A stretch of DNA of 64,000 bases from an uncultured Clostridia bacterium (GTDB lineage: Bacteria > Bacillota > Clostridia > Christensenellales > UBA1242). The position numbers and the translations under genes are program-made. The stretch lies in assembly GCA_944384375.1 (NCBI GenBank), contig CALWTE010000018.1, forward strand, positions 726 through 64,725. The letters run 5' to 3'. The notes under the pieces were generated by a model. The model had not been told where the DNA came from and searched no databases. It saw only the letters and a program-made list of their open reading frames with translations. Positions 18,678 through 28,028 of this stretch are shown here, in pieces (the stretch's first letter is position 1; every line of letters starts with the position of its first letter).

Positions 18678-19657
18678 TTTTCTAAACCTTTTAAATAATG
18701 AGTTACATATCTAATTAAAGCACTTAATGCTTTATCAAAATCGCCTTTTAGCGTCATTCCGCTAGCCTTTATATGCCCACCACCGCCGAAGTTTTGCGCA
18801 ATTTCTGAAACATTAACATTATCGGCAGAAGTTCGCAACGAAACGTGAAAATCATTAAGTTTAGGCTCAGACACACAAATTGCTACCTTTACCCCGTCTA
18901 ATGTCTGTAAATATGAAATTATAAATTTGCCGTCATTTAAACTTGCATTTAAATCTTGAAAATCTTTAAATCTAAGTACTGAAACAGCAATTTGATTATT
19001 ATCATAAAATTTGACCGAGTCAAAAGCGCGTTTTGTCATTTCAAACTCTGTTAAAGTCTTGCCCCTAAAAAATTGCAAAAGTAATTTATCTGCATTAATG
19101 CCAGTAAAGATTAATTCGGCTAGACATTTAAAAGTATTTGCTTGTGTATTAGAATATACAAACCCACCTGTATCAGCATAAATTCCTATATAAAAAAGTG
19201 ATGCTAATTCTTGATTTAATGTAAAATACTTTCTAAACAAATAGTATAAAACTTCGCACGCACTAGAAGTCTCACCTTGAACGAAATTAAACTGCGCGTA
19301 GTTTTTGTTTGATTGATGATGGTCTATATTAAAGGTGAATTTTGCATTTTCTCTAATAGCCAAAACATTCTCGGGTAGCATTTTTAACTCTGCCGTGTCT
19401 ACAGTAATTAAAACGTCATATAATTTTGTTGGTGTAGTTACAAAAGTATAATTTGCGCTAAGATATTCAAAGTTATTTTCTAAAGGTTTTTCTAAAATAA
19501 TATCTGCGGTTATTCCATTTTGTTTAAGTATATTCTGTAAACTCAAACAAGAACCTAAGGCATCATAATCAGGGTTTAAATGCCCCGAAATTGCTACATT
19601 TTGCGCATTTTTACATACTTTTAATAAATTCTTTGCAAAAGAACTACTTTTCATCAT
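18674..19657 (-). CDS. nrnA: DHH/DHHA1 phosphoesterase (NrnA-like oligoribonuclease/pAp phosphatase)
   Basis: DHH motif (IDHHQSN) and DHHA1 GGGH motif (FGGGGHIKASG). Sits between rbfA and truB, as in Clostridia. Confidence 0.8.
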   Translation of the reverse strand: MMKSSSFAKNLLKVCKNAQNVAISGHLNPDYDALGSCLSLQNILKQNGITADIILEKPLENNFEYLSANYTFVTTPTKLYDVLITVDTAELKMLPENVLAIRENAKFTFNIDHHQSNKNYAQFNFVQGETSSACEVLYYLFRKYFTLNQELASLFYIGIYADTGGFVYSNTQANTFKCLAELIFTGINADKLLLQFFRGKTLTEFEMTKRAFDSVKFYDNNQIAVSVLRFKDFQDLNASLNDGKFIISYLQTLDGVKVAICVSEPKLNDFHVSLRTSADNVNVSEIAQNFGGGGHIKASGMTLKGDFDKALSALIRYVTHYLKGLEK

Positions 19658-20015
19658 CGTCCCCGTGTGGAATATTAATAGAACTAATTAACTTGTCCAT
19701 TTTTTCATTAATTTCAAAGCCGTCATCAAGTTTAAAATGGAGCAATGGCATAATGCGTAAATCAACTTTATCCGCTAGACTCCTACGTATAAAACCAGCA
19801 CTATGTTGTAATGCATAAAAACTTTGCTGACGTAACTTTTTGTCTTTTTCATAAATACTAACTAAAATATAGCAATGGCTCAAATCGTTAGTAGTATCTA
19901 CATCTGTAATACTTATTAAACCATTCAATCTCGGGTCTCTAATTTCATTTGCTAAAATTTCTGCAAGAGCCTTCTTAATCTCACTATTTATTCTTTGTAA
20001 TCTATTTTCTTGCAT
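19644..20015 (-). CDS. rbfA: Ribosome-binding factor A
   Basis: 123 aa (RLQRINSEIKKALAEIL..IRDPRL). Follows infB. Confidence 0.9.
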   Translation of the reverse strand: MQENRLQRINSEIKKALAEILANEIRDPRLNGLISITDVDTTNDLSHCYILVSIYEKDKKLRQQSFYALQHSAGFIRRSLADKVDLRIMPLLHFKLDDGFEINEKMDKLISSINIPHGDDDEK

Positions 20016-20026
20016 AACTTACCCCC

Positions 20027-22429
20027 TTAATCACGTTCTACTTGTACCATTACATATGCTTCTATAGTATCTTGTAACAATATATCATTATGTCCTTCAA
20101 GTTTTATACCGCAATCCATACCCGCAACGACTTCTTTAACGTCTTCTTTGTTTCTTTGCAAAGTCGTAATTGTGGTGTCTGCGATAACTTTGCCGTCTCT
20201 AGATAGTCTAATCTTAGAGTTTTTAGTAATCTTACCGTCTTTTACAATACAACCTGCAACCGTACCGATACGGCTAATTTTAAACGTCCTAATAACTTCT
20301 GCATGACCGATAACTTGTTCTTCAAACACAGGCTCACGCATACCTTTTATAGTCTTAGAAACGAAATCTGAAATTTGATATATAATTTTGCTTAAATAAA
20401 TTTGTACGTTGTCGTGTTCCGCCAAAGCAACCGCTTTAGAATCAGGTTTTACGTCAAAACCTATTATAATAGCATTTGCACTCTTTGCCAAAATTACGTC
20501 GTTTTCATTGATTGCACCCACACCACCGTGAATACATTCTACACGTACTTCGTCATTGTTGATTTTATTTAAAATTGCAGTGAGCGCTTCAAACGAACCT
20601 TGTACGTCTGCTTTTACAATTAAGTTAAGTACTTTCTTCTCGCTGTCGGCAGATTTAGCCAAAAATTCTTCCATAGAAAATGCGTTTTTCGCATTGATTT
20701 TATCTTGTTGAATCTTGCGTTTACGTTCAGCCAAAACGTCTTTACTAAACTTAGGGTCAACAGCATATAAGTGGTCGCCTGCATTAGGTACACCGTCAAG
20801 ACCTAAAACGGACACAGGCGTACTAGGCTCTGCTTTCTTAATACTTTTCCCCTTGTCATCAATCAAGGCACGAACCTTACCTACGTGGACACCTGCAATA
20901 ATCGTGTCTCCTACTCTTAGTGTACCATTTAATACGATAGCAGTAGCGATAGGGCCTTTACCTTTATCAAGTTTGGACTCAATTACGACACCAAAAGCAT
21001 GTTTGTCTGGGTTTGCCTTTAATTCTTGCATATCAGCAACAAGTAAAACCATTTCTAGTAATTTATCTACGCCCTGACCAGTTAGAGCAGAAATAGGCAC
21101 AACTATAGTATCTCCACCCCATTCTTCTGGCATAACATCGGCTTCGGCTAATTGTTGCTTAACTCTCTCCATATTGAATTCAGGCTTATCCATTTTGTTT
21201 ACTGCAACAATCATAGGAATATTTGCTTGTTTTATGTGTTTTATCGCTTCCAAAGTTTGTGGTTTTACACCGTCATCGCCCGCTACTACCAAAATAGCGA
21301 TATCGGTAATGCTTGCACCACGAGCGCGCATTGCACTAAACGCTTCATGTCCTGGTGTATCTATAAATGTGATTAACCTATCCATTGTCTTAATTTGGTA
21401 TGCTGCTATATGTTGAGTAATACCGCCCGCTTCTTGACTCTGGATATGAGTTTTCCTAATAAAGTCTAGTAAACTTGTCTTACCGTGGTCAACGTGACCT
21501 AAAACGGTAACAATAGGCGGTCTAGGACGTAATTTGCTCTCGTCTTGCTCTTGACTCTCCACATTAAATTCTTCAGCAAGTTGCTGTTCATAACTCTTTT
21601 CTAATTTTTGTTCCAACACAACCCCTAATTCACTGCAGACTAATTCGGCAGTAGTAAAATCAATAGAAGAATTCACATTTGACATCATACCTAAAACCAT
21701 TAACTGTTTTAGAATATCTGCAACAGAACGCCCAGTTTTCTCCGATAATTGCTTAACAGTAATTGTTTCAGTCGTAATTACTGCATGGTCAATAGGAGCA
21801 GAAACCACTACAGGCTGCTCCTTCTTTTTCTTAACCTTTCTATTGCTCCTAATACGTTCTTCTATATTGCTTTCTTCTAGTAAACCTTTACGCAACATAT
21901 TGCGTTTATTGCCACGCGAAAAATCGTCAAAGTTGTTCTTTGAGCGTTTTTCGTCACGTTTTTTGTCAAATACGCGTTTGTTTTGATTTGTAGGAATATT
22001 AGGAATATCTACAAAATCACGACTAGTGTCTTTGCTATACGTAGGTTTACTATTTCTTTCAGTGCGTTCTTTATCGTTTTTAGGCTTAGAGCCCTTTTCA
22101 TCTTTTTGCTTATTAACAAAATTCTTATTTTGAGTATTTTGCCTTTGCGGTTGAGTTTGAGCGCGAGATTTATCAAATTGCCTAACACTTAAATTAGACG
22201 TTTCTTTTGCTTCTGCTGGCTTTGTGTCTAGCAGGGCGGCATTCTTTCTCTCGTCAATCACGCGCAATTGCGCTCTAATGCTTTTAGTAATTTCTTCCAA
22301 CTCGCCACGCATTTCAACGATATCTCTACTCATTTTAATAAGATTATTGTTGTTAATTTCTGAAATCCTACGCATATTGTCAAAATTAACTTGTTTTTGT
22401 TTGTTTTGCTCTTGATTAGTCAAATTCAT
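20027..22429 (-). CDS. infB: Translation initiation factor IF-2
   Basis: GTPase motifs GHVDHGKT, DTPGH and NKMD. Basic low-complexity N-terminal region. Confidence 0.95.
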   Translation of the reverse strand: MNLTNQEQNKQKQVNFDNMRRISEINNNNLIKMSRDIVEMRGELEEITKSIRAQLRVIDERKNAALLDTKPAEAKETSNLSVRQFDKSRAQTQPQRQNTQNKNFVNKQKDEKGSKPKNDKERTERNSKPTYSKDTSRDFVDIPNIPTNQNKRVFDKKRDEKRSKNNFDDFSRGNKRNMLRKGLLEESNIEERIRSNRKVKKKKEQPVVVSAPIDHAVITTETITVKQLSEKTGRSVADILKQLMVLGMMSNVNSSIDFTTAELVCSELGVVLEQKLEKSYEQQLAEEFNVESQEQDESKLRPRPPIVTVLGHVDHGKTSLLDFIRKTHIQSQEAGGITQHIAAYQIKTMDRLITFIDTPGHEAFSAMRARGASITDIAILVVAGDDGVKPQTLEAIKHIKQANIPMIVAVNKMDKPEFNMERVKQQLAEADVMPEEWGGDTIVVPISALTGQGVDKLLEMVLLVADMQELKANPDKHAFGVVIESKLDKGKGPIATAIVLNGTLRVGDTIIAGVHVGKVRALIDDKGKSIKKAEPSTPVSVLGLDGVPNAGDHLYAVDPKFSKDVLAERKRKIQQDKINAKNAFSMEEFLAKSADSEKKVLNLIVKADVQGSFEALTAILNKINNDEVRVECIHGGVGAINENDVILAKSANAIIIGFDVKPDSKAVALAEHDNVQIYLSKIIYQISDFVSKTIKGMREPVFEEQVIGHAEVIRTFKISRIGTVAGCIVKDGKITKNSKIRLSRDGKVIADTTITTLQRNKEDVKEVVAGMDCGIKLEGHNDILLQDTIEAYVMVQVERD

Positions 22430-22433
22430 TCTC

Positions 22434-22715
22434 CTATTCTATAATTTTTACTATTTGGGTTGCTAATTGTAAGTTCGTCAAACCTATAACTTTACAATTT
22501 GTTGTGTTTATAATTGAGTCTAACTCGTTTTGTAATTTTATCAATTTTATATTTTTTCTAGCAGCAAAGCTCTCTGCCTTGCTTACTAAATTTTGAGAAG
22601 AAGTAGGACACAATAATATTAATTGTACGTTTTTATTCTTTACGATATTATCAATACCATAAATAACCGCCCCCGCCTTTTTGGCAAGATTAATATACTT
22701 GCTTATTTCATTCAT
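22434..22715 (-). CDS. ylxQ: L7Ae-family RNA-binding protein YlxQ-like
   Basis: 93 aa. Canonical slot between ylxR and infB. Confidence 0.7.
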   Translation of the reverse strand: MNEISKYINLAKKAGAVIYGIDNIVKNKNVQLILLCPTSSQNLVSKAESFAARKNIKLIKLQNELDSIINTTNCKVIGLTNLQLATQIVKIIE

Positions 22716-22968
22716 CTAAGCATTTCTCCAATTCTTCGTAAAATTCACTTTTTACTTCGCCCTTTAATATTTTATTTAAAGCTTTGCGTTTTTTTGCCTG
22801 ATTAATAACTTCCCTATCTTTACTTATCCAAAAGCCACGACCTGATTTTTTTTGTGTCTTATCAATAATTAAGCCATTATCAGTCTTAACTATTCTAATC
22901 AATTCACTTTTAGGTAACATTTGTCGTGTTACAATACACATTCTTAGCGGAATATGTTTTTCTGGCAT
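22708..22968 (-). CDS. ylxR: YlxR/RnpM (DUF448) RNA-binding protein
   Basis: PLRMCIVTR and GRGFWI motifs. Follows nusA. Confidence 0.85.
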   Translation of the reverse strand: MPEKHIPLRMCIVTRQMLPKSELIRIVKTDNGLIIDKTQKKSGRGFWISKDREVINQAKKRKALNKILKGEVKSEFYEELEKCLDE

Positions 22969-22981
22969 AATCTATACCCCT

Positions 22982-24118
22982 TTAAACAGTTTCAATATCT
23001 TCAAACAAATCGTCTTCTATATTGTCGTCAATTGTAGAATTAATTTCTTGTACGCGTTTGTCTTGTTCTTCTTTCTCGAGAGTAGATTCGCTCTTTACAT
23101 CAATCTTCCAACCAGTCAAACGAGCGGCAAGTCTAACATTGCAACCGTCTTTACCTATTGCAAGACTTAATTTATTGTCTGGAACTATTACCCTACTAGA
23201 TTTTGCTTCTTGATTGATTTCCACACTGACAACTTCGGCTGGGCTAAGCGCATTAGCAATATATTCAAAGATGTCGTCACTATATCTAATTACGTCAATT
23301 TTTTCGCCATTAATTTCTTCAATTACGGCATTAATTCTTGCACCCCTAGCACCTACACAAGCACCCACTGGGTCAAGATTAGCATCTTGAGAAAATACTG
23401 CCAATTTAGTCCTATTACCTGCTTCACGTGCAATTGATTTAATCTCAACTTCGCCACTGGTTAATTCTGGTACCTCTAATTCAAATAACTTTTGCACAAA
23501 GTTTGGAGTCGTACGGCTAACTTGAATTTCAGGTCCAAAAGGTGTTTCTTTTACGCGTTTGATAATTACTTTTACGCGAGAGCCAATTTCCAACTTTTCG
23601 TTTGGAATGACGTCTTTGTAATTTAGCACACCTTCTGCTTCTATACCACTTAATTCCACATAGAAATTGTTTGCATCGCGTCTGCGGATAATTGCTGTCG
23701 TGATTTGGTCACCCTTTGCGTCTAGTTCGGCAATTAAATTATTTCTTTCCGCTTCCCTTAATCTCTGCATAACGACTTGTTTTGCTGTTTGTGCGGCAAT
23801 TCTACCAAAACTCTTTGGAGTAACTTCTTCTGAAACGATATCGCCTACTTGATAACTAGATTTGATTTTTTTAGCGTCTTCTAGACTAATTTCTTTGTCC
23901 GAATCGTTCACTTCGTCTACTACTGTCTTGTACGCTAAAACCTTGATAGTTCCTTTCTCTGGGTTTAACTTAACGGTAGCGCTCCTTGCTTCGCCAAAGT
24001 TCTTTTTGTAAGCACTAGTTAAAGCGCTCTCCAAAGCGGAAATAAAGAACTCCTTGTTGATTTTTTTCTCTTGTTCTAATTGGTCTAATGCCAAAAAGAA
24101 ATCTTTGCTGTTAATCAT
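22982..24118 (-). CDS. nusA: Transcription termination/antitermination factor NusA
   Basis: 378 aa with an N-terminal domain, S1, two KH domains (GACVGARGARI, IGKDGCNVRLA) and an acidic tail. Confidence 0.95.
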   Translation of the reverse strand: MINSKDFFLALDQLEQEKKINKEFFISALESALTSAYKKNFGEARSATVKLNPEKGTIKVLAYKTVVDEVNDSDKEISLEDAKKIKSSYQVGDIVSEEVTPKSFGRIAAQTAKQVVMQRLREAERNNLIAELDAKGDQITTAIIRRRDANNFYVELSGIEAEGVLNYKDVIPNEKLEIGSRVKVIIKRVKETPFGPEIQVSRTTPNFVQKLFELEVPELTSGEVEIKSIAREAGNRTKLAVFSQDANLDPVGACVGARGARINAVIEEINGEKIDVIRYSDDIFEYIANALSPAEVVSVEINQEAKSSRVIVPDNKLSLAIGKDGCNVRLAARLTGWKIDVKSESTLEKEEQDKRVQEINSTIDDNIEDDLFEDIETV

Positions 24119-24160
24119 TTAATTTGCTCCTTGATAAAATTACTTTTTATTATAAAAGTT

Positions 24161-24182
24161 ATGAGTGGGCGACCCCACTCAT
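24161..24182 (-). promoter_or_regulatory. Strong hairpin in the nusA 5' leader (AUGAGUGGG-GUCG-CCCACUCAU) followed by AACUUUUAUAAU
   Basis: Perfect 9-bp stem read directly. It lies between the candidate promoter and the nusA RBS. Confidence 0.45.
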
Positions 24183-24194
24183 TTAGATAGAATT

Positions 24195-24223
24195 ATTATA
24201 TCATATAAAAATAAAAATATCAA
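24195..24223 (-). promoter_or_regulatory. Candidate sigma-A promoter of the nusA operon (TTGATA-17-TATAAT)
   Basis: Hexamers and spacing read on the minus strand. The -35 lies in the 3' arm of the upstream terminator. Confidence 0.55.
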
Positions 24224-24237
24224 TATTTTATTGATAC
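24205..24237 (-). terminator. AT-rich intrinsic terminator after the PolC-N/exonuclease ORF
   Basis: UAUCAAUA-AAA-UAUUGAUA followed by UUUUUAUUUUUAU. Confidence 0.5.
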
Positions 24238-24247
24238 TTTTTTGCAA

Positions 24248-25789
24248 TTATATTAATTTTACAAAGACTTTTGCTGTCGCATAAGCGTCGGCAAGCGCTC
24301 TATGTGCGTTTTCTAGCGTAATATTTAATGCTTTTACCACTGTACCTAACTTATAGTTACTCAAACTTGGCACTTTGTCTCTAGCAAGTTTTAAAGTATC
24401 TATTTGCTCATTATCAAATAACAAACGGAATCTTTTACCTATGTTGTTTAAAAATTGATAGTCAAAATCTATATTATATGCACTCAACACAGAACCATAA
24501 GCAAAGCGATAAAAATCAGGTAAAGCCTGTTCAATAGTAGGCGCATTTTCCACCATTTCGTTACTAATATGAGTAATGGACGTAATTTCTTCGGGAATGT
24601 CTGTTTGTGGGTTAATTAATGTTTGAAAAGTTTCAATGATAGAACCTTTTAAAATTTTTACTGCACCTATTTCTATTATTTGGCAATTTTTAGGGTCTAG
24701 ACCTGTAGTTTCTAAGTCAAAAACGACTACACTATCGTGAGTGTCCCAGTATTCGCTAGTTTTGTTTGTTAGAGAGAACAAGTCCATTTGTTTTACTTCA
24801 TACACAGGTTGTGGCTTAATATAATAATAGTCTGGATTTACCTTCCTATAAACATACTTCATTTCTTTAGTTAAAATTTCGCATTTTGCCAAAGAATTTG
24901 CCCTTAAATTCCTATTATCTTTAAATTCACTTAGATAACCACCTACCGCTAGACTCATACCGTCTTCCACAATACTCAAGGCTTTCATATCCTTATCATT
25001 TGCAAAAATAACTACCTCAATACTGCCACTAGGGTCTGTCAAAGTAAACGAAATCTTCTTCTTTTCGCTAGGTTGCGTTTCGCCTTTTCCACGAGACATA
25101 TAAGTAGAAACAAGTAAATTTGAAACAACCCCAGCAACCATAACTTCTTCGTCAGAGTTTAAATCTTTAATAAATATAGGTGAATTTGCCATATATTTAC
25201 CATAAAAACACTCACCTAATTCAATAACCATTTTGTTAATTCTTGCTTCTTCCGCAAGTGCGTCAGTTAGGCCTGTGTCAACCTTAGGCATATCTTTTAT
25301 AAGTTCGTCATAGTTAGGCGCATCTTTGGTTACTTCAAAATTTACTTCAAAGTTTATAAAAAATCTTTTGTTTAAATAATCTATTAAGTCTTTATCAAAG
25401 TTACGGTTAATTAACAACTGTTTGCGCATTTCGTCACAAAGAAAACTAATCTTTGCTCCGTCTTTTATTTCTGTAATAATGACATCATCTTTTTTAAATT
25501 CATTTTTCAAAACTTTGTAATTTGTATTAATAAATTGCTCAACAACATTATATATACTATCAATATCAAAACAACTTTTATTAAACTTTACTACAACTTT
25601 ACATAAATTGTTTATATCTGTTTTAATTGTGTCTGAAATTTTGTCCTTATCTTCCTGAGATAAAGGGATACCTTCAGGATAAATAAAGTTTACGTCAAGT
25701 TCATTGTTGTTTTCGTTAAATTTAATCTTTTCAAGTTTTAATTTGTTGTCGTCAAAACCTAAATCTTTAATCTTCTGTAATGTAGTCAA
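24248..25789 (-). CDS. PolC-like N-terminal region + OB fold + DEDDh 3'-5' exonuclease, with no PHP or polymerase domains
   Basis: C-terminal Exo I FDLETTG, Exo II YNIDFDYQFL, Exo III HRALADAYATAKVF. A central OB-like segment (VMVAGVVSNL..SFTLTDPSGSIEVVIFAN). It occupies the slot between rseP and nusA where polC normally lies. Confidence 0.7.
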   Translation of the reverse strand: MTTLQKIKDLGFDDNKLKLEKIKFNENNNELDVNFIYPEGIPLSQEDKDKISDTIKTDINNLCKVVVKFNKSCFDIDSIYNVVEQFINTNYKVLKNEFKKDDVIITEIKDGAKISFLCDEMRKQLLINRNFDKDLIDYLNKRFFINFEVNFEVTKDAPNYDELIKDMPKVDTGLTDALAEEARINKMVIELGECFYGKYMANSPIFIKDLNSDEEVMVAGVVSNLLVSTYMSRGKGETQPSEKKKISFTLTDPSGSIEVVIFANDKDMKALSIVEDGMSLAVGGYLSEFKDNRNLRANSLAKCEILTKEMKYVYRKVNPDYYYIKPQPVYEVKQMDLFSLTNKTSEYWDTHDSVVVFDLETTGLDPKNCQIIEIGAVKILKGSIIETFQTLINPQTDIPEEITSITHISNEMVENAPTIEQALPDFYRFAYGSVLSAYNIDFDYQFLNNIGKRFRLLFDNEQIDTLKLARDKVPSLSNYKLGTVVKALNITLENAHRALADAYATAKVFVKLI

Positions 25790-25813
25790 AATTTTCTCCT
25801 AAGTAGTATTTAT

Positions 25814-26950
25814 TCAAAGAAAGAAGAAATGGTAGATATCTACTATAATTACTAAGGCAAAAAGAACAATCAGCCCGCCAAAATGGATATACCCTTCAAC
25901 TTTTCTATTAATAGGTTTGCCTCGTATCCATTCAATTGTAGTAAATACCATTCGCGAGCCGTCTAGTGCAGGTATAGGCAAAATATTGAATATCGCTAAG
26001 TTTGCCGCAATAAATGGCAAGAATACAAATAGGTTTGCAATATTTACTTGAGAATACTCGGCAATTGTAGAAATCGTAGTAAACGGCCCGCCTATCTGGT
26101 CTAGACCTACCGCCCCCGTAAGCAACTGCCACAAGAATACTAAAACTTGCCATGCAAATCCTGCAGCCAGCGGCACACATCTAGCAAGTGATTCAACAAA
26201 ATTATGTTTGTATGGCACGGTAGAAAACCCAACCATCAAACTTTCCGTAGTTGTGCCGTCTTCGTTTGCTACCGTTTCTACAAAGAAGTTTACCATAACT
26301 TCTTGCAATTGTCCATCACGTTCAATAGTTAAACTAAGGTTGTTGTATTGTTTATACTCATGGTCGCCGATAGTTAAAGTTGTATAATTTGCCTTTTCTT
26401 CGTCTGTCATAGAGTTATAATGATTTTGAAGCAAAACATTTGCTGTATCACCAGTTACAAAATCAATTTTTACACCGTCCATTTCACGAATTATGTCGTT
26501 TGTTTGAATAGTGGAATCTTGATATCTATTGTCAACACCTGAAATTTGTGGCACGTCGTAACCAAATGCAATAAGTAATATAAAAGCAAAGATAACTGCC
26601 GAAACAAAGTTAAAGAATACACCACCAAACTGAACGATTAAACGTTTCCATGGTGCTTGATTATTAAACGCTCTAGGGTCGGCATCATCTTCATCTTCAC
26701 CAGCAAAGGCACAGTATCCACCCAACGGAATTAAACGGATACTGAAAACCTCGCCAGATTTTAAAGTTTTCTTAAATAATGCTTTACCAAAGCCAATGGA
26801 AAACTCGTCAATTTTGAACTTAAATATTTTACCAAATGTATAATGACCAAATTCGTGAATTGTAATCATTACCAAAAGAACTAAGATTGCTAAAACTATA
26901 TAGCCTATCGTCGTCATTACACTGGCAAAATCTGCAAGTAGCGAAATCAA
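25814..26950 (-). CDS. rseP: RIP site-2 metalloprotease RseP/RasP
   Basis: HEFGH zinc motif, a central PDZ-like insert and NILPIPALDG. TTG start with GGGAGG upstream. Confidence 0.85.
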   Translation of the reverse strand: MISLLADFASVMTTIGYIVLAILVLLVMITIHEFGHYTFGKIFKFKIDEFSIGFGKALFKKTLKSGEVFSIRLIPLGGYCAFAGEDEDDADPRAFNNQAPWKRLIVQFGGVFFNFVSAVIFAFILLIAFGYDVPQISGVDNRYQDSTIQTNDIIREMDGVKIDFVTGDTANVLLQNHYNSMTDEEKANYTTLTIGDHEYKQYNNLSLTIERDGQLQEVMVNFFVETVANEDGTTTESLMVGFSTVPYKHNFVESLARCVPLAAGFAWQVLVFLWQLLTGAVGLDQIGGPFTTISTIAEYSQVNIANLFVFLPFIAANLAIFNILPIPALDGSRMVFTTIEWIRGKPINRKVEGYIHFGGLIVLFALVIIVDIYHFFFL

Positions 26951-26971
26951 AAGAACCTCCCTAGAAAATTT

Positions 26972-26996
26972 ATGCGGGACAAATTATTTCCCGCAT
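26972..26996 (-). terminator. Hairpin between cdsA and rseP (weak terminator/attenuator)
   Basis: AUGCGGGA-loop-UCCCGCAU. On the minus strand it is followed by AAAUUUUCU only. Confidence 0.35.
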
Positions 26997-27011
26997 TTTA
27001 TTATATTCATA

Positions 27012-28010
27012 TTAATCAAAAAGTATGATAAAGAAAGTAAACACAAGTACTGCATTTACAAGTAGTCCATTACACCTGTCCATAATCCCGCCGTGACCTG
27101 GTATTAAATTACTATAATCTTTTACAACCGCTTTTCTTTTAAAGAATGAACTAAACAAGTCGCCACCCATAGTAAATATACCACAGAACAAGCCACCTAG
27201 TAAAAATGTCCAAATAGTGTAATTGAAGGAATTAAACAAATTGCTGTAAACATCAAAAGCATTAAATATAGCAAATACAATAACACTAGCGATACAAGCA
27301 CCTATAATTCCACCGATTAATCCTGCCCAAGATTTACCTGGACCTAGTTTTGTTAAACTAATTTTAGGCCCACCCACAAATCTACCTGTAAGCATGGCAA
27401 AAGTATCAGCAAACATAGATGTTGCAAACATTAAAACCAATGCCATTAGCCCTATATCAGCACCAGAATTCGCATAAGTTTCGGCAACACCTGAAATATC
27501 TAATGAGTTAAAGTGGTTAAGTATAAACATAAAACTCATTAAGAATGTAGGCCATAAACAAACAAAAACTGTATTCATTGTTTTTTGGAACGCGTAGTAA
27601 GCCAAAGAACCGTCAAAATTGTCACGTGCTTTTGCTCTCATACCCCATTTGCTAAAAATCAGTGGTAGAGCGAACAAAAGTAGTGCCATTACTACTAAAA
27701 TTGCAACATTTAGCAGAATGAGATAAGCATAATTTAAGCCAGATTCGGCTGAAATAATTGTACAAATAAATATTAGTATAGGATATAGTGCTACCGCAAC
27801 ATAATGGGTAGGCCTGTCCATTTTGTGCAATAAGTTTTCTACTTCAATTGCACACATTACCATTAAGCAAGCAATTAAAACATCAAAAACGTATTCACTT
27901 AAAATACGCAAGCCAAAAAACCCCACTAATACGATTAGAATAACCGCTCCCCACAAAATTCTCGGCAAAAAATTTGCTGGAGTGTTAGTTACTTTTTGTT
28001 TTTCTTCCAT
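27012..28010 (-). CDS. cdsA: Phosphatidate cytidylyltransferase CdsA (long form)
   Basis: Polytopic protein with the C-terminal CTP-transferase signature region (SFFKR...KDYSNLIPGHGGIMDR). uppS-cdsA synteny. Confidence 0.8.
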   Translation of the reverse strand: MEEKQKVTNTPANFLPRILWGAVILIVLVGFFGLRILSEYVFDVLIACLMVMCAIEVENLLHKMDRPTHYVAVALYPILIFICTIISAESGLNYAYLILLNVAILVVMALLLFALPLIFSKWGMRAKARDNFDGSLAYYAFQKTMNTVFVCLWPTFLMSFMFILNHFNSLDISGVAETYANSGADIGLMALVLMFATSMFADTFAMLTGRFVGGPKISLTKLGPGKSWAGLIGGIIGACIASVIVFAIFNAFDVYSNLFNSFNYTIWTFLLGGLFCGIFTMGGDLFSSFFKRKAVVKDYSNLIPGHGGIMDRCNGLLVNAVLVFTFFIILFD

Positions 28011-28028
28011 TTTATTCTCCTTTGTTTT

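Noticed and set aside
25932-26180. Same-strand out-of-frame ORFs inside rseP (25932-26180) and inside the AI-2E transporter gene (58241-58489)
   Set aside because: These are alternative frames of well-supported genes, with Cys/Arg/Tyr-rich implausible sequences. There is no RBS and no frameshift signal.
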